This document shows positions 33,893-46,600 of a DNA stretch of 64,000 bases, piece by piece. Source of the DNA: Strigamia acuminata. Taxonomy: Eukaryota. Where the stretch lies: contig OX442314.1 in NCBI GenBank assembly GCA_949358305.1, positions 25,544,001 to 25,608,000 on the forward strand, read 5' to 3'. The number at the start of each line of letters is the position of its first letter. Position 1 is the stretch's first letter. The notes beneath the pieces were generated by a model. That model did no database searches and was not told the origin of the DNA. It worked only from the letters and a program-made list of their open reading frames with translations. The position numbers were made by a program, and so were the translations under genes.

Positions 33893-35208
33893 TAGTGCCA
33901 ATTTGTCTCAAGTGTCAAAAATAAAAAGAACTGGCTAGACATTCTGGCTTTGCATGCGGATAAAGTATTTGCAATATCAAAGCAATCATGCCAGAATAAT
34001 AAAACTCCACGTGGCAAAAAAAAAAATGCATTTGAATGGAAATCTTGAGAGACCAGTCAACGAAACATGACTGGGAATCTTCAGAAACACGTGTCATTCA
34101 GTATAAAACGAAGCTAAATCGAAAAGACTGCCAACTCAGATTTCCAATTACGCCCAGGAAGGAAATTTACCATCTGCTGCTTTTTAAAGATACAGCCACA
34201 TATCAAATTTACTAGACCTCGTTAGGCCTATCCCCCAAAGAATTCTCATTTTCTGGATAAACTTCTCGGAACCCGATAATAATTCTAGCTAGCATTTAAT
34301 TTCTATTTATAAAAGTATGTTTGCTTAAATAATTTCCTCGAAATGAAAGAAAACAACAACAAAAACAATAAACCATTTGGCATTGTGTTGATGTTACACG
34401 TAGACGCCTACGAGGCGAGTTTATCAGACAATTCAGTCGTTGGCTCAGAAATGTTCGCACGAAATACCAAAGTTCATTTGCGCCAAGCTGTGAAAGAAGT
34501 AAGAACCAAACCACGTACTTGAGTTACCTTTCTCTTACAAAAACATTTCCTTTTTCTGTGTACAATGTGTGTTGTATTTTAGATTAAGGAGAAATGTGCT
34601 TTTCGGGTGGAAAAATCAATTCTAATGCTGTTTATTAATTAAGGATCAAGTGCCAACGAGCTTCAATCTTATTTCCTATTCAAACAAACACTTTGGCAGT
34701 CTGGCACCATCCAAATGCAAAAATAATGTCTGTTGTCAAGTTTCCCCATCTCTAACAAAATAAAACAATAGAAAAATTTACTCTTCCATCTTTGATGTGT
34801 GCGCGGGTAAAACAAACTCAACTGCATGCACAATGCATAATTCACATTTACATGGAAGATAAGAAAGACAATTGGTGCGTTATGTTAATAATCTTGATAT
34901 TATTCAGTTGGCAACACGGAGAACTTCTTTCTTCAAATAAGAAGATTATAGGTCGTAGGAAGAGAAGTGAAAAATTTCTCTTATCTCATTGAAATAACCT
35001 TAAAAAAAGGTTACAGAATATCACTATCTCCTTCATCACTAAACATGAAAACATGCTTAAATCGCAAATCGGTGCTTGAAGAAAAGTGCTTGTTTGTCAT
35101 CGATGATGTATAAATAATGCCACCTAGTGTCAGTATTTATAAATTCTATTTATAAATTCGGGTAATTTAAGAAGAAGTAAATTAGTCTTTAGAGGATTGA
35201 ATTGCACC

Positions 35209-35433
35209 TATACTCAAAACCACTCCAACGTTGATCTATTTCACTGGTGTAGTGGCACAAAAAAGTAGTCCAAAACACCAGAATTGTAATCGAACTCCAG
35301 ACATTGTGCTCGATTACCAACATTGTCAAAGGTGATGCTTTGACACAGAACTACTTTTCCACGTAGTAGAACACAGTACAAATTTAGGCGTAAACAGGCT
35401 AAATAGATCAACGTTGGAGTGGTTTTGAGTATA
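35209..35433. mobile_element. MITE, TA-flanked
   Basis: Perfect ~33-bp TIR TATACTCAAAACCACTCCAACGTTGATCTATTT. Confidence 0.88.
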
Positions 35434-37199
35434 GTGCAATTTTAAGTGACCAAAATGACTGAATTCAATATCTAAATTGAACAAAACAACTGAATACAAT
35501 TTCTAAATTGATCAAGAACGCTAAAATAAATAGAATTATAGTCATGATGAAATTGTCATCACTTCCAACTTCTACAAAAGAAGTCACCAGAATTGTTTTG
35601 AGTTCATATTTACAGTTATCTTTCACTATCTGCTATTCGCAGTTTGTTCGTTAAACAATTTAGTTTACAATGGCCCACAAAATAACAGACTTCATCTGTG
35701 CTGGTCCCAGTGTGACTATAATCTTAGCAAGTGCACAATATCAGCAAGAGACTTATTTGTAACTTTATATCTCTTTGAAAAAGAAGATTAAGACAAGTCT
35801 AGACTTCCTTTCATTGCGTACAAAGAGAAGATTAAGACCAGACGTCAAAAGTTCCATTTCCGCTCCTCATATACAATCGACCCAGTTTTCTTTCCTGCAA
35901 TACTTACATGTATTACTCAGCATTGAAAAGTTCAATACCTTAAACTTTATTGCAGAGACACATTACAAATAAATGTTCCGTTACTTGACGGCACAATTTG
36001 CTAATTCCAATTGCCTTTATTTAAAAATGTCTTCGCTTAAATCCACTTTTCTTTTTATTAAAAGTTACATTCTCCAGAAAATTGTAAGTGTAAAGCTCCA
36101 TTAACCAGAAAATTTCGATATCCGACATTACCGGAGAAAAAAGATTTTTTTGTAAAACGTATAAACTCATATAATTTCATTATTTTCCCGGTCTATCTTT
36201 TAATACTGTTATTAGGGCTAGAAGAGAGACCAGGTCTAGATTGATGTCATTGAATCTCAATGGATTTTTACGCCACCTGGTAGATAAACTTAAAACAGCT
36301 AAACTGAAGGAAAGTTTTTTTTGTCCACGACTGTGCAGTTCTGGTTGGATAGCATCGTGGCAGCCCGCAATTTTGTTCCCTCTTGCTGGCATCTATAAGA
36401 CGTAATGTTGCGTGTAATCGGTGTGCAATCTGATTCTTAGTTTACCAGTTACGTGGCCTAAGATAGTGCTGCAATAACAATGGACCGCAAAAACAGATTT
36501 TCTTAGTCGCTTGTGTTAACGAGGCTAGAGCCAAAGAATCATTACGTGATCTTTGCAGGATAAGTCCACCCCAACTCCCCAATTCAATGTTCTGAGTCCA
36601 AAACCCCATTTTAGCTACACAAAAATACTAAAAAAAAATACATACGTGTAATATATATAGCCAATTGTGTTTTAACCGGTATTGTATGAGATGATGAGAT
36701 GAAATGAAGTTTTTAAAGTTTATAATAAATCAATCAATGGCAACAACATTAGTAAGTTAAAAACCAATTTTCTTCTGACAAATGACGTCAATGGTCAAAA
36801 TTTAAGATTTCATCAAACATCTATGACAACATATCTCCACATTGAAAACTCCTGAATTGAATACAAAATTTATTGATTTTCAAAACGTTAATCATAAAAA
36901 AATAGCATAAAGTAAACCCAATTTAAAATCATATTTGTTCGTGAAATGCAGCGAAGCCACCTCACCCCATGTCGAACAATATCCGCATTTCCTGGTCATT
37001 TCCCTAAGTCATCAATCTCCCCGAATATATATTCACACAAGTAATTTTCCAATCTAGCCAACAAAACAAATTCCCCCCTTCTCCGTGCGACCAAACCAAT
37101 CTAAACCGCCATACGGCTCGAGAGCACTCATGTCAGCTGTTGCTTTTTATCGACCTAAGCTAAAGGTAGCGGAAGGAGTTGGGAGATTTCACTGCACCT

Positions 37200-37359
37200 A
37201 CACGCTGCACTCCGATTGGCTATGACGCAACGGTTGTGTGGGCTGATTTCGCTCACCGATCTTGCTTAAACGCATCGGAAAAGGCAGCACTCGTTTCACA
37301 AGGAATTTAGCCAAAGAGAGACACTCCATTCCCAGTAGTCCATCACTAAACGAACACAG
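37200..37359 (+). promoter_or_regulatory. Candidate promoter and non-coding first exon of the ALP gene
   Basis: Locally GC-richer; inverted CCAAT (ATTGG), CRE-like TGACGCAA, donor CAG|GTAAC at 37359/37360. Exon 40968 has an acceptor 14 nt before its ATG, so an upstream exon is required. Confidence 0.5.
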
Positions 37360-39980
37360 GTAACAAAAATTTTTTTTTTTCCATTTTAATTTTCAAAAAA
37401 ATGTAAAATTCCACATTGGTAAATCCACATTCATCAAGCCGATCATTTTAAACCGCATTTGTGTTATTTTACATTCGTTCACCACGGTAGAGATGTACCA
37501 TATTGAGTGATGACTCTCTCATAATCACATGGCCATGTAAACACAGGCTAAAAATGCATAATTAAATATAAGCCTTAGAGTATGTTCCAACCCTTAATTA
37601 ATTAACTTGATGAAAATGAAACATTTTATCGCCCACTAAAAATTTGTTACTTTTAGTCTTAATAGTCCACTTAAGATATTAGTCCACATTAAAAAAAAAA
37701 TATTTATGTCTTAAATTTTTAAATTTTTAATATTTATTTTTAAATGTTTAACTTTGGAGGCAAATACAGAAGGAAAATAAAATTTAAAGGTGGGTAAAGG
37801 TCAATATTGTTTTACCTCATTTTTTTCTATTGACTTTTAAAGCATTAAGTGTTGCGATCAAAATTTGATTAATTGTATTGTGTAGTGGTAAATTTGATTA
37901 ATAGCCATTAGCATAACTCAACATTTCTTTTATTTTTAAATAATGATGATTGAAAACATTAAAACACGTTTCAAGTTGTAGTTTTAATTAATTTAGTTTT
38001 TTATTTGGGCGATTTGAAACATCATTGAAGTGGTATTTAAAAAAGAGAGGAAAATCGCTAACATATGGTGTGTGTATTGGCCGAATGGCTATTCGTGGTT
38101 CACACTGAAAATGTCTCGTTTTCGGTTACGATACGGTATGGAAGAAATGTGCTGTAGTTAAATAAAAGCCCATTTCTATTTTTTTTATGTTTTGTCTTTT
38201 ATTTTCTTTTATTTTTTGGTTTTGCTTCGCACATCGAATTTCTTTTTGCTGCTTTTTTATTGCGTGTTCACATTGAAATGACGGTGAAAGTACTTAAGAT
38301 GAAATAGGGGAAAAATGTAAAAATTTTGTTGGTTTACTGCGCGTGTCGTAAGTGTTTTACCGTGTTTTATGTTGCAACGCAAAACGTTTTATCGTCGCTA
38401 TTAAAATTGCATCAATTTTTTATTTAGTCGTAGAAAATTAAAAACTATAATTTTTAAAATTCTGTTTGTTGTTAAAATTTAAATATTTATACCCCCGCGA
38501 GTAAAGTAATTTCTAATCACTGGTTTCTTAAAAAATGAATGAAAGTAGTTGATGAATTACTGCAGATGTAGTCAAATACAAAACAATGCTTAAAGTTTGC
38601 TTAAATGAATATAAACAAGTGAAATAATTAAAATAAATACTTATTTTGAATGCTCCTAAATGAAATATTATTATTACTAATGCGCGCGCAACTGGCAAGT
38701 GAGATATGAATGATTGTTCAAAGTTCAACTGAGCAAAATAATTGACACAACCCCTTGCTTTTAAATATATGCAAAATAAATGGGCTAACCGAAGTAAAAT
38801 ATGACGTAATAAACGTTATATCCCTAAGTAAAAATGGCTTTACCAACGTAAAACATTTAAGCAAATTTTTCGTAATCCCTAATGATTTCATATCACTCCA
38901 AGCTTCACTGCAAGTGTTAGCTTCACTGCAAGTTTTAGCTTCACTGCAGTGAAGCATCGCCTTACCAAATGTCAAATATCTAAAGAATAAAAAAATTACT
39001 GAAATTTATTAAAAATTCAATCAAAAATGTATTATTTCGTGTTGCCATCAACAACTTAAATCTCAATATATTTTTCAAAATTTTAATTTTGATACAACTC
39101 ACAGTCACTTAATGATTCATTAACTTTAAATTAGAACTAATCCTAAACTACTTCCCACATTGCATCAACTTCCATTGATTGTTTCCTCATTCCAAATTTA
39201 CAATAAACGTTTATTACAAATAATTTCCATAATCACGCTACTTAATATTCACATTCTTACATGAAAACGAAAGGCAAAATAACGAAGCAATATAAAAATA
39301 AATAGCCCCAATGTGCAATAGTTTATGATGATTACTGACATGAAGTAGAGGCTTCCGATTAACTCTGAAGAGGATTGAATAAAAACGACAGCAAAGCCTA
39401 GAAACGAGGCTAAATAGCCAGAAAATAAACATTTCGCTGTTTTGCGATTGCTAAGTTACGCTACACTAATCATCCGCCTAAATCCGATTAAAAAACGCAT
39501 GTTAACTGTTGTGATCAAACGATCCTCTATTCTAGAATAACAGTAACCAAGATGCAAGTCACCGTTGTTAACGACTGATGAAAAATAACGTTAGTACAAT
39601 CGATTAAATAAAGACATGAAAAACATATATCATAGTTTTGGCTCCCAACATTATCAGAGTCGAGCATTACTGGGAACAAACAACCAATCCCTGATCATGT
39701 CATTTCAGGAATTCAAAATGTTCTGCTTAAATAACTTCGAGAGATTTAAAAAGGAAGTAAAAAAGAATTAGAAAAATAGTTGTAGAATGGCACACAATTC
39801 ACTTTCCAATTACATTCCAATACATTTCTGAAATTCTTCAATCGAAGAAACTATTTCAACCATGGAAACAGCAACTTTCCAACTATTATTGAAAAGAAAA
39901 TTCATGCGAAAATATGTATGAAAGCTTACAATGATAAATTTTCTTTATTTGGTAATAAAATATTTATTCCATTTGTTTTT

Positions 39981-40464
39981 AGAAAATTTTAATTAAATTA
40001 ATTTTAATTTTTTAACAAATATAAAATAACAAACATTAACATTACTGCTAAAAATAAATAAAAAATAAAAGTAAAAATTTTCACAGACAACAGGATTTGA
40101 ACCTGTGGGAAAAGATTCCTAGTCCATTGCCTTAACCACTGGGCCACCACTACAAACTATTCTTGTCTTCATGCAGGCAGTCATGTTGGTGAACAAAGTT
40201 GTGATGTCATATGTCATGTGATATCAAATTACTTGGGTTCCAGAGGCTAATCACCAAGTGTAGTGCTACACTTGACCTTTTTACTCAAAAAAGTGAAAGA
40301 ATGATGCTTCTAAACACAGTAAAGAATTCTGTGTGTTGTGACTGTTGTAACAATGTGAAAGAGCGTTGCATTTAAATAATGAATGTATTAACTGTTTAGA
40401 TAATAACAATACTTTATTAAAAAATTAAACAATTGTGAGAGACACACTCCTGCGGTCTTCCTTG
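39981..40464 (-). mobile_element. Diverged single-arm copy of the foldback element
   Basis: Colinear with the right arm 23860-24340, including the GGATTTGAACC B-box and the terminus ...TGCGGTCTTCCTTG-TAA. Confidence 0.85.
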
Positions 40465-40981
40465 TAAGCCTGTAAAATCTTTGCGTTTCAACGATAAAGT
40501 GGCAGACCCACAACCTCTCGCTCGAAGACCAGCACTGGTCTAATGAATTAAGTCATCTTGACAATAAATGTTGTTAATTAGGTATTGTAAATCTGGTTAC
40601 CATAGAATGGGATTACTTTGGACACGCACTACAATATCAGGCCAGGGTATTCCTTATAGTGCTCAAGAAAACCTTTTGCCATGCTTGACCAAAGATGCCT
40701 CGCTGTCAAAAGTAACCCCATTCTATGGTACAAAGTTATCACACAATCGACTTTTTGTACTTGAGATTCGTCTCACATAAAAGAGTAAACATGAAACTTT
40801 GTTTTATTGGATTAGGCTGTCTTTCCTTCATTGTTGTGTGTGTGTGTGAGTAACCATTGGGTGAATGAGACCATGTTGATAAAAAATAAGAAATTTGAAA
40901 TTTGAAATTTGCATTACACATTGCGTTTATATAACATTGTTTTTTTTTTGTTTTCTTTTTCTCACAGGCCTAATAAAAAAC

Positions 40982-41066
40982 ATGGGCAAGTGTTCTATTC
41001 TTCTGACCATCCTTGCTTTCCTACTGCTCGCACAAATTTTAGTGGCAACACCATTCTCGGAGCAAG
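40982..41066 (+). CDS. ALP: Agatoxin-like peptide precursor: signal-peptide exon
   Basis: Acceptor CTCACAG|(40968); MGKCSILLTILAFLLLAQILVATPFSEQ; phase-1 donor AAG|GTAAAT. Confidence 0.88.
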
Positions 41067-42049
41067 GTAAATAAACTTTCCTTCTTTGTGCACGTGTCTC
41101 TACATTAATACTAAGACGATTAAGTACACGAGACCCTGTTTGCTACTCGCCGAAAGCATTATAATTGAATTGCTACAATCACACAATAAAAAAATAAGAT
41201 ATACGCCTACTTCTCGATGCATTCAAATTGGTTAAGACAGGGATTCCCAAACTTTTTAGCATCGTGACCCATTTTTAAGCAAGGCGATCTTCCGCGTCCC
41301 ACTTCATGTATCGGTGCATTACATTTTTCAAAAATGAACTACTAAAAAAAAAAAAAGAAATTTTTATATAATTTTGCATAAAATTGTATACCAATTTTAC
41401 ACATAATTTTATATAATTTTGCATAAAATTTTACACTGACCCCCCGGCGTTTAAAAAACCTATCAGAACCCAGCGCCAATTTGAAGTTTTACGGTAAGTC
41501 ACTTATTTCACTTACCGGTATTTTCACTCAGTTTTATCCGTTTAAGCAAACTGCAAGTATTTGCTTAACCAATTTGAACGCACTGTCAATAATAGGTGAT
41601 AAAGATGATAGCGCGGATTGACATACGGGCAACCCCGAAGGGCTGACTGCCAAATACTGTAGGCCATTTTTTTTTTTTACTAAAATGGATCATTCTTTAA
41701 ATAAAATGGGCATTTTCCTGGCAACCCAACCATGGTCTACAAGTAACGTTAGTTCAGAGTTATAGTCCCAGAAAACATAATTTTCCCAGTATTAGTTATG
41801 GTGCAAGCTTCACTCCCATTCCTTAACGTCTTTTCAACGAGATCTCTCAATATTAAAGTTCAATAACTGAATTTTGTTTGTGAATTACGCGATCCACCGA
41901 GACCCATCAAAATCCTCTTACGACCAAATAGCCTTTGGATTCTGTGGAGCCTTATATCTTAATCTGATGGCAAAAACATGAGCAAGATTTGCAGCATTTC
42001 CCGAAGACTGGATTGTAGTTTTTGATCAATCCATATCCTTAAGCTGCTA

Positions 42050-42429
42050 CCATCTTCATCCGAAAATAAGACCACTGTGTTGTATTCAAATACAACACCA
42101 TGGTGTTATATTCAGCCAAAATCATGTAAGTTCGCCAAAAAAGTAAAATTGTTATTTACTCTATTAATTTGTATTCATTATGCTGATTAAAAAATCACTG
42201 TATAAATTAACAAAAACAACGATACACTGATATGTTTTAAATATTTTTATACAAATCTGAATATAACACCATGGTGTTGTATTTGAAAACAATAAAAAAT
42301 CTGAATATAACATCATGGTGTTATAGCTGAATTGGTGTTATATTCGAATTTTTCAACACTGTTTCACAAATTGCAGTTTTCAAAGAAACTCGAATACAAC
42401 ACCATGGTGTTATTTTAGCGTGAAGACGG
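42050..42429. mobile_element. MITE with repeated internal palindrome AACACCATGGTGTT
   Basis: TA-CCATCTTCA... / ...TGAAGACGG-TA termini; the palindrome recurs several times near both ends. Confidence 0.75.
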
Positions 42430-43157
42430 TAGTCCTTCAGATATTTGATCCAAGACCTTGGGTAATCCAATACGAACTAGACTTCATCACTATGTGTAAA
42501 AAAAAAAAACATTTCTGAGAAATAAAGTTACAACTAGAAAATAGACAGCCCTTGGTGTAACATTTAATAATACAACCCTTCATAATTACATTAATTTTGA
42601 TGTTGCACTGATGAGTGAGTGACCATATTTAAAGTTTAATTTTAATTGGTCCCAAATACATGACACGTGAAATAACAATTGTTAAAACACAGTTGGTTTC
42701 ATATATACCGGTTGATAAACTTAATTTTTAAAGACGAGTTATCCACCATTCAAATGACCCTTAACCTTTAAAACCAACAATTTAAATTATACGTCTAAAT
42801 TCCCCTTTTAAATTCAGAAACAACAATAAAACAAACACTAAAATATTCTCCCACGTCATTAACACAACGAAGATATTTTTTCTTTTTTATGCATATGTAA
42901 ATTTACATTATCTCTTTGTTGTTGTGTTATTGTTTCAAAGAAAAATGAAATTTAATATCAGCTAAAGCTCCTCATTAAAACAAACTCATCAATTCAACTA
43001 AATGACTTAAATTTGTGCGATAAATATTTTGAATAAAATGATAAAAGAAAGAGTAAACCACATGCAGAAATCACAAAAGTATGCTAAACATAGCTTACTT
43101 CACTGGCGTTAATAAATACTTTTTAACCACTAGATGTATTTTGAAGTTTTTGTTAGT

Positions 43158-43674
43158 AGGTGCATTCAATAACTCATAAACGGTCGTTTAAACTCGTTTA
43201 AACAAACCTTTTACACGATATGCTCGTTTAAACTCGTTTAAACAAACCTTTTACACGATATGCTCGTATAAATGGGTTTAAACAAGCTGAAAATAAACGA
43301 CCTAAATAGGTCGAGAAAACTCAGGCAAATGGGGTATTGTTGGCAGCCATCTTAGATTTCCCTTAGATCAGTCGCAACCATCTCGATCGTAAATACAATT
43401 TTGAAGCAGTTATTGTTTTATTTAGAGTAAACGACAATAATGATCAACACTATGGTTATTATTTGTGCTGGAAACAATAGGAAAAGGCGAGGGAAGCAAA
43501 ATATGTGACTTGCAGCAGGAATATGACCTAGAACTTGATTAGAAATCCCAGATCAAGTTTGGCAGTTAAACAATCGTTTATTTCCCAAATAAACGATTGC
43601 ATTCAGAAACAAAACATTTTGTCTAAAAATTCGTGCGAGATAAAAATTTAGACGAGAAGTTATTGAATGAGCCT
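43158..43674 (+). mobile_element. MITE of the AGGTGCATTCAATAAC family
   Basis: TIR AGGTGCATTCAATAACT / AGTTATTGAATGAGCCT. Related sequence at ~29932, 49565-49929 and inverted at 54845-55362. Confidence 0.85.
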
Positions 43675-46600
43675 ACCGGTAGTGTTTTTTAGTGTTTATA
43701 CAACCTACCAAACTATAAATATATGCAAGATTATTTATTTTTGTGTCTGTTTATAGTTTTGAAACCTTTGTTTTTGTCTCCCACTCGAAAGCACTACCAT
43801 ACTATATTCTCATTAGGCGCCTGTGAGGCGCTATGACAAACAAACGATGCATATTCGAACCACATGACTGTCATGCCAGCCTAAATAAAAATTGTTTTTA
43901 ATAAAATATTTAAATTTTTAATTTATTTCTACTTATTATACAAATGCAACAATTCAAAATGAGCCAGCCTATACCTTTAAAACAACAATATTAATATTTT
44001 TGAAGCATCGCAACAACAAAAGAGCAATTTTCTTTATTTTAACAAAACAACTCAAATGCGTGAAATTTTTAATTAATTTTCAGGAATATCCAAATTCCAT
44101 CTTTTTTATTGTTGCAATTGCATGACCTGCTGTTTACACATGCGCACGAGTTTCCTTGTTACAACTGCAAATTAGAAGTAAGCTTTCTATCTGTCCCAAG
44201 TGTATCTTGACTTTTCTAACCCTGGGTTAAAGCTTAAAGTGCCATAACCATATAACATTTATTTTTTCTTGTGTTTATTACTCCAACATTTTTAATAAAA
44301 ATAGAATAAATTATCTTCTTTACTAACCTAGTTAAGCATGCTAAGTTTATTGAATTTCATAAGTGAAATTCTAAATCTTGCTAATTAAATAATAAAAAAA
44401 AACTAAAGTTATATTAATTAGACCAATAAATGCTGTAAAGCAGTCGTTGACTGGTTGCTTAGCATTACTGAATACAGGCGCACCTTTTTATCATGTCACA
44501 ATGCAGTATAAGATGCGCCAAGTTGGAGCTGCTCTTTTTTAAACCAATAACAACAAAAAATAAGAAATATGAAACAATAAATAAAGAAAACGCTAAGATG
44601 TTTTTATAGCAACGGGGACCACGATCGCACCTGATTACTTTACGGTTGCTATGTAACAAAATTTGTGGAAAATACCCAACCAAAACCAAAACAACAATGT
44701 ACGAAGTGCGGCAGAAAAACTGGTAATCGTTATATCGATAATTCGTTATATCGCAGTTCGTTATGTATCACCATAATTCCAGTTTCTATATTCGAAATCG
44801 TTAAGGTTAAGGTCAATAGACCTTTGGAAAAATCAGGTCAGATGATATAATCATGTGATCGTAACAGTGGTTGCTCACTTTCTGTGACAAAAACTATTGC
44901 AAAATAACATTATAACAATGTTAATTTGTAGTTTTCTTATTGTGGGCGAAGCCAAACTGCATCATAATTTTCCAATGGTCTATTGTAAAGTTGTTGGATA
45001 AATAAACAATAAAAACGTGATAGCATTATTTAAAATTAATCTAAAATTGTATTCTATTCTTTATTCTGTTTCACTCTGTAGATCCTTCAACTTCAAACAT
45101 TAAGATCATAATATTTAAAAGCTCTTGAATAATAAACGTATTAAAAATTAAATTTAGGGTTTGGAATTATAATTTGTGGTTTCATTTCTAATTTAGAAGA
45201 TTTAATTAAAGGTTGAAAACTGAAATCCTGAAAAGAGTTGACATTAAATTAAGCAGTGCTTAATTTTTCAATTAATCTAAAACTTCCAAAAATAAAAAAA
45301 AGATAAATACCTCAGTTTTATTATTCATTATAAAATGACATCAACTTTAAACATCTCATTAACATATTTAGCAATTTTTGTATTTAAAAGAAAAATACCG
45401 TAAAACTCCGATTATCCAAACTAATTGGAAGACATAGGTGTTGATAAAGAAAATTTATTAGCACAACCGGACATTATGTTTATGTACAGTCGTGTTAAAA
45501 AAAACTGGACCTTGACTCTAGGCTGGCAATTGAAATTGTGAGTAATTTTGTGTTTGGCCACTAGGTTAAACACCAGACATCAACAGGTGATAACACTTGT
45601 CTGCTATACAAGTATTAAAATAAAAATCGTTCGGATAATCAGCATTCTACTGTAACAAGAAACTATTTTTTTTTATACTTTAAACGGATCCAACACTTCC
45701 ATGACAGAACTCCATGACAGCAATGCCATCATTCCTAATCCATTTTATACCCATGCTGTCAATCACGTGTCATCCATATCTCAGTCAATCAAATCGCTTG
45801 AAACAAACCCAGGACTTATACTTTAAAAGATATATCATATTTAGAGAAGTAATGCTTCCCTGCAAGTACTAAGAACTTAAAACAAGAAATCATTGCTGGG
45901 CTTAGTTACCACCAGCGTCTATGAAAAGATTGACGGGGTTTCGGAAGGGGCCGGGACCAGTACATATAAAATTCATAAATTCAATTCAATTTTGTTTTAT
46001 TACCGTCAAACACGACACTGTAGGCAAGAGCCTGAAGAAGAGTCTTTACATAAAATCAATACAACCAAATGCACCAAGCATACATTTTTGCCATCCTCTA
46101 ATGGATGACTTGAATATTTCTACCGTATATTGTCGACTTTAGCATTTTTTTTCTAATTCGAAAACTTTTAGACATTGGAGGGTTCTTGAGCTGTGTACAA
46201 GACTCCCTGCTAGCTTCACTAAACTCGGCCTAGTCGCCACTACTGATAGGAATTTTAAAATTTAGGGATTTTTGAATAAAAAATGACAGAATTTTGTTGT
46301 ACGAGTACTCTGTAAACATATTTTCTTAATTACAAAAACATAATTCCCAAACTTCGCATATTCCCATACGGTGCAAAAATACGAGGGCGCATACTTACCG
46401 CGACATTATTTAACGCGACACCAATGTACCACGACAAGCCATCCGAAAAAATGGTACCTACGACTCCCTTGTTAGGGAAAATAAAAAGAATAACACAAAA
46501 TACACGTATTCGCAGTTTCCCGAGTCGCGGTATATTGATGTTGCGGTGATAATGTCGCGCTAGACGACACGCCCCGCAAGTTATTTGTTTGCAAATGTTA

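Noticed and set aside
42050..42429. Spaced palindromic repeats resembling a CRISPR array
   Set aside because: Irregular spacing, eukaryotic context, bounded by TIRs. These are MITE subterminal repeats.
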